A stretch of 64,000 bases of DNA from a bacterium (GTDB lineage Bacteria; Zhuqueibacterota; Zhuqueibacteria; Residuimicrobiales; Krinioviventaceae), in NCBI GenBank assembly GCA_963693055.1, contig OY843751.1, positions 1,248,001 to 1,312,000 on the forward strand, given 5' to 3'. Positions 41,481-49,256 of this stretch are shown in pieces (the stretch's first letter is position 1; each line of letters begins with the position of its first letter). The notes beneath the pieces were generated by a model. The model was given only the letters and a program-made list of their open reading frames with translations, was not told where the DNA came from and ran no database searches. Made by a program: the position numbers and the translations under genes.

Positions 41481-42620
41481 TTATAAAAAAATCACACAAA
41501 CTGGTTGAGGTATTTCTATATTGTTAACCGGTTCCAGTTTACCATCTTTTTTAATTGAAAAGATAGTGATATTGCTGGTTTTCTGGTTTGCCGCAAATAA
41601 ATATTTACCCGATGGGGTAATATTGAAATGGCGAGGCCAGTTGCCTCCTGTGGGTTCGTGTCCTATTGCGGTGAGTTTACCTGTTTGCTGATTGATTGCA
41701 TATATTACAATGCTGTTATGAACCCGGTTTGATCCGTACAGAAATTTGCCGTTAGGGTGGACAACAACATGCGCGCACCAGTTTTCACCATTATAATCTT
41801 TGGGCAAGGTGGTTACGGTTTCGATCTCGGTCAGTGAACCGTCATTACTGTTATAACTGAATGCGGTCATGGTAGAATTGAGTTCACTGATCACATAGGC
41901 CCATTTTCCGTTGGGGTGAAAGGTGATGATTCTTGGGCCAGCGCCGGGTGTCACGGCAGCATAGGGTGGATTTGCAGATTCCAGCTTGCCATTCTCTTTA
42001 TCGATTTTATAGATCATGATTTTATCGATACCCAGATCAGGAACATAGGCATATTTTTCGTCAGGTGAAGGGACGATAGAGTGCGGATGCGGTTGACTTT
42101 GACGGTCAGCATCTGGTCCCGATCCTTTATGCTGCATAAGGCTCGAAACCTCTTGCAAAGCTCCATCATTATTGAGTGGATAGAGAATTGCACTCCCACC
42201 GCGATAATTGTTAACCAATGCATAACCGTCAACCAGGCTGACGAAACAAGGATGCCCACCAATGCTGATCTGCTCGTTCAGGGGAGTGAGGTCATGGGTT
42301 TCCGGATCAATGTGAAATGAAGAGACAATTCCCGTATGTGTTTCCGGATCTGTGACTTCGTTAATTGAATACAAGGTGTTGGTTTCGATATTGATGGTCA
42401 TATACGAAGGGTCAGTTACTCCGGTTGTGAAACCCTGTAAAGTGTACTCTGCGGTTGCTTCGTCAAATGTATAGCGATAAATGCCTTTACCACTACCATC
42501 ATCCCTTGTTGTGTAGGTACCCACGTAAACTGTGAGTGAATCTTTTTCTGGTTTAGCACAATTGAAAAAAACGGTAGCGATGACAAACATTAAAAGTAAT
42601 GTGATTTTTGAATTTTTCAT
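41481..42620 (-). CDS. pgl: 6-phosphogluconolactonase (cycloisomerase-2 family) lipoprotein
   Basis: 'VYVGTYT', 'RQSQPHPH', 'DLGIDKI', 'GAGPR', 'SNRVHNSI', 'WPRHF'. Confidence 0.88.
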   Translation of the reverse strand: MKNSKITLLLMFVIATVFFNCAKPEKDSLTVYVGTYTTRDDGSGKGIYRYTFDEATAEYTLQGFTTGVTDPSYMTINIETNTLYSINEVTDPETHTGIVSSFHIDPETHDLTPLNEQISIGGHPCFVSLVDGYALVNNYRGGSAILYPLNNDGALQEVSSLMQHKGSGPDADRQSQPHPHSIVPSPDEKYAYVPDLGIDKIMIYKIDKENGKLESANPPYAAVTPGAGPRIITFHPNGKWAYVISELNSTMTAFSYNSNDGSLTEIETVTTLPKDYNGENWCAHVVVHPNGKFLYGSNRVHNSIVIYAINQQTGKLTAIGHEPTGGNWPRHFNITPSGKYLFAANQKTSNITIFSIKKDGKLEPVNNIEIPQPVCVIFL

Positions 42621-42730
42621 GATTTGTCCTGTTTTTTTGATCTAAGAGTGAGGTATACTGCTATCACTAAAATTAAAAAAATGACTCCTGACATTAAAAT
42701 GCCATTCAAAAAATCAGCCATCAAGATTCC

Positions 42731-43966
42731 TTAAAATTTAATTTTATAAATATAAACTTGTCTGCTGCCGGTATCCACAGAATTAAAGCCAATCATGTCA
42801 CCATTGGGACTCCATCGGGGATGCAAATCGCAAGCGGCATCTTTGCCGTTTTTGCGGAATTCTACAGGATTAATAAATCTGCCCAGTGGCAGCACTGCTT
42901 CGGTCTCCATATCCATAAGATAAATACACTGTTCCTGCAGTTTGTTTTTAGGATAGGTATCGGTAATCATCCACTTGCCGTCAGGAGAAAAGGCACCATG
43001 ACCGTCGTAATCAAGAATTCCATTTCCCAGTCGTTTATAATTATCCTTTCCAACAGTAAATAGTACATGCCCGTAGGCCTGTGCGTCATAAGCTGCTGTT
43101 ATCATCAGATTGTCGCCATCCAACCAGTCAAAATGTGAACCGCCCCAGCCATCAGGAAAACACCGAACCAGACCCGAACCATCACGATTGATCACAAAAG
43201 ATGTGGTGTTTCTTGGGTTGGGCTGAGAACGTGCCAGCCAGAAAATCTTGCTGCCGTCTCGGCTGAACAAGGTATGGTTAAAGTACTCTATCTGTTCGGG
43301 ATTTAATTCCGGAACCTGTTCTTTTATGTCTATAATTGATATGAGTAATTTTGCATTACCCGTTTCAAGATCAACCAGATAAAGTCCATCGTCCTCGGGG
43401 AATTGGGTGTCACCGCGATTATCCTGACCGTCTCCGTCATAACCATAAGCTGTACGGGTGATGCGGAGTCGCGAAAAATTGATGCTAATTGCTTCCTTGC
43501 CATTTGGAGACACCGCACTGACCGCGTAGGGAATAGTTTTGATTATTTCTCTAGTATGCACATTCATAATAATGGATACATATTTACCCTCTTGCAGGTC
43601 ATTGAAAATAATCAACGAATCGGGAGCGGTGCTGAGCCAATGTGCCATACAGCCCTGTTGAAAGTTCCATGCACGAGTTTCTGCAAGGGGGGTAAATTTA
43701 TAGGTTTCCATATCAACCAGTCCCAAAACAGCAGGATCAACTTTGGTTGGTAGTGTATATTTAATGGGAGTTTGTAGAACCGTTGCGTATTTTTGGTTCT
43801 TGCTCCAGGAATTGATACCGTAATAGCTGGCAAATAGATGCTCTTGTGGCCCTTTGGTAATGGCAATAGGTTCCGAGACCTGAGGGAAATGTACGGTTTG
43901 AGTTGTTTCTGTTGATTGGCACGCTAAAAAGAAAAGCAGGGAAAAGGCAATCCATAATTTTTGCAT
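42731..43966 (-). CDS. Beta-propeller lipoprotein (oligogalacturonate lyase/TolB-like)
   Basis: Lipobox FLAC; 'AWNFQQG', 'DGHGAFSPDG..ITDTYP', 'CDLHPRWSPNG'. Confidence 0.7.
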   Translation of the reverse strand: MQKLWIAFSLLFFLACQSTETTQTVHFPQVSEPIAITKGPQEHLFASYYGINSWSKNQKYATVLQTPIKYTLPTKVDPAVLGLVDMETYKFTPLAETRAWNFQQGCMAHWLSTAPDSLIIFNDLQEGKYVSIIMNVHTREIIKTIPYAVSAVSPNGKEAISINFSRLRITRTAYGYDGDGQDNRGDTQFPEDDGLYLVDLETGNAKLLISIIDIKEQVPELNPEQIEYFNHTLFSRDGSKIFWLARSQPNPRNTTSFVINRDGSGLVRCFPDGWGGSHFDWLDGDNLMITAAYDAQAYGHVLFTVGKDNYKRLGNGILDYDGHGAFSPDGKWMITDTYPKNKLQEQCIYLMDMETEAVLPLGRFINPVEFRKNGKDAACDLHPRWSPNGDMIGFNSVDTGSRQVYIYKIKF

Positions 43967-43968
43967 TT

Positions 43969-44481
43969 TCACCTCGATTGGTTATCGTAAAGCGATTGGA
44001 TTTGGCGAGTATGGCGTTGACTGTGTAATATATTGAACCATAACCACTCTCCTCTGGTGAGTTCTCCAAACTTTGGATGGTGGAACAATTTTACTTTATG
44101 TTCCAGTTTGTGATTTTCGAGTATTTGGAGCTGTAGATTGCGTAAAGTTTGAAATGTATCCAACTGCTCACCAGGATTTTTCTCATCATTTGAGGGTTGA
44201 ATGGGTTCGCCAGCTGTTAATTTAAGATCATCATCAGTGAATAATGCGCGTACAGTGAGGATCTTTTCATCAGGTTCCCGGTCATTACATGGAGTACCTT
44301 GACTATCCAACAGTTTTGTGATAAACCCTTCAGAGATGATCACATGGTCCAGAATTTGAGCAGCAGACCAGCGGCCCTTTTCCGGAGATATATTCCATGA
44401 TTCAACCGGAAAGCGATTTACAATATCAATTAATTGATCTGTCGAGTGCTGTAATTCTATCTTTGTGCTTTTTTTATCCAT
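43969..44481 (-). CDS. DinB-family protein
   Basis: 'WSAAQILDHV', 'HPKFGEL', 'HSQRH' His triad; start ATG 44481 after GGAG. Confidence 0.88.
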   Translation of the reverse strand: MDKKSTKIELQHSTDQLIDIVNRFPVESWNISPEKGRWSAAQILDHVIISEGFITKLLDSQGTPCNDREPDEKILTVRALFTDDDLKLTAGEPIQPSNDEKNPGEQLDTFQTLRNLQLQILENHKLEHKVKLFHHPKFGELTRGEWLWFNILHSQRHTRQIQSLYDNQSR

Positions 44482-44584
44482 GATACTATTTCTCCAATAA
44501 TAATACACAGGACAATAGGATAATAATGTTTTTTATGAAAAGAATCAATGGGAATTAAGGGATTAAGAAATTTGTGGTTGGTAT

Positions 44585-44796
44585 AAAAAAATACAGCGGG
44601 AATCCTTCCACAAATTCCCGCTGTTCACATGGACCGGTTGTATTTACCTGATCCATTGAAATTTAAATATAGTAATTGCATACAATGACATATGTATTGT
44701 GTGCAAAATACTCGAGTTAAATTTAAAATAGTGATCAGTTAAATATTATTTTCTTTCTGTCCCTTGTCCATCATATTATGATGTCGCCCCGCCCAT
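44585..44796 (-). ncRNA. Candidate small RNA (~210 nt)
   Basis: TTGACA(44830-25)-N16-TATATT(44808-03) promoter, internal hairpins, terminator ACAGCGGGAAT...ATTCCCGCTGT plus T7 at 44585-44624, no substantial ORF. Confidence 0.45.
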
Positions 44797-44850
44797 GATT
44801 TAAATATAACCCAATAATTTATAATGTCAAGAAAAGAATTGACAATATTG

Positions 44851-45981
44851 TTATTTTAATTTATCCTTTTCCGGAAAATCGGGAAAATATTTTTCTCTGC
44901 AATCAGGACAGATACCATGACTGAATTCAGCGTCAGTATGCTTTGCAATATATGCTTCGACCTGGTTCCAGTAACCTTTATCGTCTCGAATTTGTTTACA
45001 ATAAGAGCAAATAGGAACAATTCCGTTTAGCGTTTCAATTCTGGTTTTATATTTATTAATGGTTAATCTTACGAGTAAAAGTACGACAAGGGTAATGATT
45101 GCACATACCAATAAATTGATAACGAGTGTGGTGAAAATATGTTTGGTCGCTTGTCCTTGTTCCTGCTCTACTACAAGAAACCATTCGAATTCACGTATAT
45201 AACGTACATTGGTGTGAAAAGTCTTTTTGTTGCGTTTACTTTTAAAAGATTTGGCTGAACTGGAACTGAGTTGATCCTTGAACAAATCAGGGATACCGGA
45301 GGCCATCTGTTCTGCATTTTTTCTATTGAAATTTAAAGCAGCAAGTTTGATTATACCTTTTTTATCTACAAAATAGATGTTACGATTATATTTTTGTTGA
45401 TAAGATTCTATCAATTCTTTTACAGCATTAACCGTCAGCCCTACACCGGTTGCGCCTATATAGTTACCATTATAATCATAAACCTTGTAATTGATAAAGA
45501 TTGTCATTGAATCGTTATTTGCCATATCAATGTCAACGTTTATTTCATACTCGTCTTTCATCTCTTTGACTCTGAAATACCAAATGTCCCGTTCTTCAGT
45601 CGGAGAGACTGTTTTTAAAAGACCATTTGAATGATAATATTTATAGGTTTTTTCGGAAACAAAGAAACTGGTAAACGTATTAAATTGCTTTTGAATATCT
45701 TTGAGATATTTGGTAACCTGATCAGTATCCTTTTCGCCGCTTATTACCCAATCTCTAAGAAACGTATCTGTTGCCATGAGAGAAGAGATCAGAATGGGGC
45801 TCAAAAGGTCACGTTGAATTTCGGAATAAATATTGTCACTTGTCAGGGGGAGTTCGTTTAACAGAATTTCAGAGTGTAATGAACCTCGTGAAACAATAAA
45901 GCTTGCAAGGCTTGTGATTAAAAAACCGGCAATCAGTAAAATACTGAGTATGGGTAATAACTGTTTGCTTTTTCTCGACAC
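44851..45981 (-). CDS. Membrane sensor: TM-Cache-TM plus C-terminal Cys/His (putative Zn) domain
   Basis: 'DIWYFRV', 'IFINYKV..GATGVG'; tail 'PICSYCKQIRDDKGYWNQVEAY...FSHGICPDC'. Confidence 0.8.
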   Translation of the reverse strand: MSRKSKQLLPILSILLIAGFLITSLASFIVSRGSLHSEILLNELPLTSDNIYSEIQRDLLSPILISSLMATDTFLRDWVISGEKDTDQVTKYLKDIQKQFNTFTSFFVSEKTYKYYHSNGLLKTVSPTEERDIWYFRVKEMKDEYEINVDIDMANNDSMTIFINYKVYDYNGNYIGATGVGLTVNAVKELIESYQQKYNRNIYFVDKKGIIKLAALNFNRKNAEQMASGIPDLFKDQLSSSSAKSFKSKRNKKTFHTNVRYIREFEWFLVVEQEQGQATKHIFTTLVINLLVCAIITLVVLLLVRLTINKYKTRIETLNGIVPICSYCKQIRDDKGYWNQVEAYIAKHTDAEFSHGICPDCREKYFPDFPEKDKLK

Positions 45982-46093
45982 GGATACTCCTTACAAGGGT
46001 TTCTTTATATGCTATTCAACTTTTTAAACAAGTTAGTATTTATTAAGATAACTTTCAATGGAAACTAGAGTGTAATTTAGGTATTGTTTGATT

Positions 46094-47107
46094 TTATGAG
46101 TAATTGCATAACAATTCGAGATTTTCAATATTGGTATTCATGGTAAGAGTACAACCAGAGCTGAGAATGAACCGATTCTGTTTGTGTTTGGTTATTATGC
46201 TTTTAATATGATTCAGCTCTTTTAAAAGCTCGTCTTTATTTTGGTATTCAAGCGAATCTACAGGATTCAGGTTGCCCCATAATGCTATTTTATTTCCAGC
46301 AATAGCACAGGCCTTATCCAGATCAACCAGAGAGTCTATTTCTAGCACATCTGCACCAGAATTAACCATATCAGGCAGAATGTCTGTTGTATTACCGCAG
46401 ATATGTAGTGATAATATAGCATCAGTCTTTTTCAATGCAGAAAACACTTTTTGTTCAGCCGGTAATGCAACGAGTTTATATAAATCACGACCGATTAATG
46501 CTGCCGGACTGTCGCCGGTACTTAGCATATCCGCACCTGTAGAGGCCATTGCTTTACCGTATTCAATACAGCAAGCTGTACATTTGACCAAAAGATCTTC
46601 TATGAATACAGGGTCAGTCATTAATTTTACCATAGCATTGCCAATTCCCATCAGGGCGCAAACCAATGACCAGGGAGACTGGTCAAAGCAGCCTACAATA
46701 AATACTTTATTACCAATTTCTTTAACTACCCGGGATAGAGCTTCAAGCATGTTGGGGATACGGCCCCTTTCAATGATTTGTTTTGTGGGCAGCTTTTCCA
46801 TGTCTTTGTGATCTTTTACCAATGGTTTACCGAATCCACCGAGTGGCTGGCTTTCATTCGGAAACGCAACACTGGCTCCCATTGCTTCAGCGGTTATCCA
46901 GGTGTCTGCGGATACCCAGACTGCATCTGGTTTAAAGCGTTCATAGTATTGCAGAATTGCGTCAGCCATGATTTGAGGTTCAAGAGTATAATCTTTAATG
47001 CTTACATTGGCTATTTTTGAGCAAAAATGTACTGCAAGCGGTCCATTGGGGATTCGCGGAATATCTTTTCCCGCGAGAGCGTTGTATACGAGTTGTTTCG
47101 AGTTCAA
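46094..47107 (-). CDS. UroD/MtaA-CmuA-family protein
   Basis: 'LHICGNT' Zn motif, 'GNLNP', 'FILSSGC'; lacks the HemE 'MRQAGR' motif. Confidence 0.85.
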   Translation of the reverse strand: MNSKQLVYNALAGKDIPRIPNGPLAVHFCSKIANVSIKDYTLEPQIMADAILQYYERFKPDAVWVSADTWITAEAMGASVAFPNESQPLGGFGKPLVKDHKDMEKLPTKQIIERGRIPNMLEALSRVVKEIGNKVFIVGCFDQSPWSLVCALMGIGNAMVKLMTDPVFIEDLLVKCTACCIEYGKAMASTGADMLSTGDSPAALIGRDLYKLVALPAEQKVFSALKKTDAILSLHICGNTTDILPDMVNSGADVLEIDSLVDLDKACAIAGNKIALWGNLNPVDSLEYQNKDELLKELNHIKSIITKHKQNRFILSSGCTLTMNTNIENLELLCNYS

Positions 47108-47133
47108 TGTTTGCTCCGGTGAATGAGTTTGGG

Positions 47134-48285
47134 TTAGCCTGTTGTTTTGTTGTTTATTTGTAAATGCTCAATTATTTTGTTTAAAACAGGTTCAGAGATC
47201 ATGTGCTGCTGATGGGTGTCATCGAGATAAAGATCGTAATTACCGTATTTTAGATCATTTACTCGGGCAACAACAATGTCTTTATAGGTTTCCCATTTGA
47301 TTCCCGCAAAACAGCAGGCATCGTACTGATTGATGATTTGTAACTGACTGCGACCATGACCGCTGGCCCCTAAAATATAGAGCTCTAAATAGTTTGCTGT
47401 GCGGTATAGCTCGGGTATGGATTGCTCATAGTCACCCCAATCCCGTTGAGAGTCTGACCTTAAATATAACGGATATGAGCCGGCAACCGGATAACTGTTT
47501 TTTATACGTGTATCTACTGCTGCAGCCAAGGTAGTAGTCCAGCCGCCACCTGAAATGCCAGCCATTGCTACGCTGGTGCAATTGAACTGTTTTTGTAGAT
47601 GATTTATAGCAACTACAATCGGTTCAATAAAATATTTTACAGGATGTCCGTTTTCAGTATTCAATAATTTAATATGATCATGACGGGTGAGCTTGAAAAT
47701 ACCAAATCTTTCCAGATTGACTACCGGCTGATTATTCATACCCAGCAACGGCATGGAAAACGCAATGACTGTATAACCATTATCCAGAAATGCTTTGATT
47801 TGTGATTTACTTTTGTAAAAATCACCTCGATGCCCCTGATGATATATCAACATACTTCCGTTTGGGCTTTTGGGATTAAAGATGTAAGGATATGAATCAA
47901 TACCAAATTCCATGGAAATGAAGAGTTTGTCAATGGACTTTAATGAGGAAATGTCTGAATATCGATCATCGTTGTGATTTTGCATTACAGATTTGGGCAA
48001 AGCTTGCGGAAGCCCGGGAGAACCAAAGATAAAATTGATCAATTCATTGCGGAGCTGATCAACATCGTTATCATTCTTTATGGATATCAAGGAATTGACG
48101 TCAGTTTCCAGATAGCTGTCTGGTGTTTCGATAAAGTCTTGCGGAATTGTCTCTTTTTCAAATGACGATAAAGTCTTTTCAATTATTCCGGATGGATACA
48201 TATTATAATAGTTGAGTATCATTCCCAAAATTAAAGCTACGATCAAAAGAATAGTGATGGCTGCAATTTTAAATATTTTGACCAT
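47134..48285 (-). CDS. Alpha/beta-hydrolase-fold membrane-anchored protein
   Basis: 'YHQGH', nucleophile 'GISGGG', 'YDACCF', late His. Confidence 0.7.
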   Translation of the reverse strand: MVKIFKIAAITILLIVALILGMILNYYNMYPSGIIEKTLSSFEKETIPQDFIETPDSYLETDVNSLISIKNDNDVDQLRNELINFIFGSPGLPQALPKSVMQNHNDDRYSDISSLKSIDKLFISMEFGIDSYPYIFNPKSPNGSMLIYHQGHRGDFYKSKSQIKAFLDNGYTVIAFSMPLLGMNNQPVVNLERFGIFKLTRHDHIKLLNTENGHPVKYFIEPIVVAINHLQKQFNCTSVAMAGISGGGWTTTLAAAVDTRIKNSYPVAGSYPLYLRSDSQRDWGDYEQSIPELYRTANYLELYILGASGHGRSQLQIINQYDACCFAGIKWETYKDIVVARVNDLKYGNYDLYLDDTHQQHMISEPVLNKIIEHLQINNKTTG

Positions 48286-48308
48286 TTTGTTCTCCTTTAA
48301 AACGATTA

Positions 48309-49232
48309 TTAATCGTGACCGGAAAATTTTTCACCCGCTGTAATTTCTACATCCAATCTGTTCTGATCAGGAGGCAGGGGGCAGGTTGCATATGGCGTGA
48401 AAACACACGGGGGATTATAGGCTTTGTTAAAATCGATATGGGTATTGCCATCTTTATCTGGTGCATTGACAACCAGAAAACGACCGCCACCATAGGTTTG
48501 TTTTCCAGTAGTTTCATCCGCAAAGATAATGAAAAATGAATCATCACCGGGTTCAGCAATAGGATCAAGACGGTAGGTTTTATTATTGATCTGAAACACC
48601 AATGCCCCCGGACAGTTTTCCTTATTTATGTTGCCGAGCACATTGGGTACAGTGATTTTTTTGGGTGGATCATAGGGTTCAAACTGTGCGGCGATATTCC
48701 AACGGGGATCGATATCATATCTATCGATCCCTTTGAAATTTTTGAAATTCTCACTCTCGCTGTCCTTTAAGCGAATACCGTACCTATCACCTCGTTTGAT
48801 CAGATACCAACTGAGACTTTTATATGTCAGGATACTGGGATCACCATCCATGTCGCTGACAAGAGACATGGATGTCACGGGTTTCTCGTTACATAAAACT
48901 GTAACGTTTTGAGCGATTTTAACGGAAACCTGATTATTATCCAGGATGAATGTTCCGATAAAAGCAGGAGAATTTTCTTTGGGAAAAATTAAATCATTTA
49001 CTTTATCAGCTCCAAAGGTGTTTTCTCCTGGCTTTAACCAAAACAATCCGGCAAGACTCAACCAGCCATCTTTATTCTGCAGTGTTTTGATGCGTTCCTG
49101 TTGCCATGCTTGAACAGATTCAACATACGCTTTATCTTTTGCAGATAATGGTTTTGCCTTTTGGCAGCTCAAAGCTGACATCAATATTAAAAACAAAATG
49201 CATTTAATGATACCGGATTTTAAATACTGCAT
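48309..49232 (-). CDS. DUF1684-family lipoprotein
   Basis: 'GWLSLAGLFWL', 'TYGGGRFL', 'DFNKAYNPPCVFTPYATCPLPP..N.L..ITAGEK'. Confidence 0.92.
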   Translation of the reverse strand: MQYLKSGIIKCILFLILMSALSCQKAKPLSAKDKAYVESVQAWQQERIKTLQNKDGWLSLAGLFWLKPGENTFGADKVNDLIFPKENSPAFIGTFILDNNQVSVKIAQNVTVLCNEKPVTSMSLVSDMDGDPSILTYKSLSWYLIKRGDRYGIRLKDSESENFKNFKGIDRYDIDPRWNIAAQFEPYDPPKKITVPNVLGNINKENCPGALVFQINNKTYRLDPIAEPGDDSFFIIFADETTGKQTYGGGRFLVVNAPDKDGNTHIDFNKAYNPPCVFTPYATCPLPPDQNRLDVEITAGEKFSGHD

Positions 49233-49256
49233 AATATCTCCGTTCGTCCAGACATT

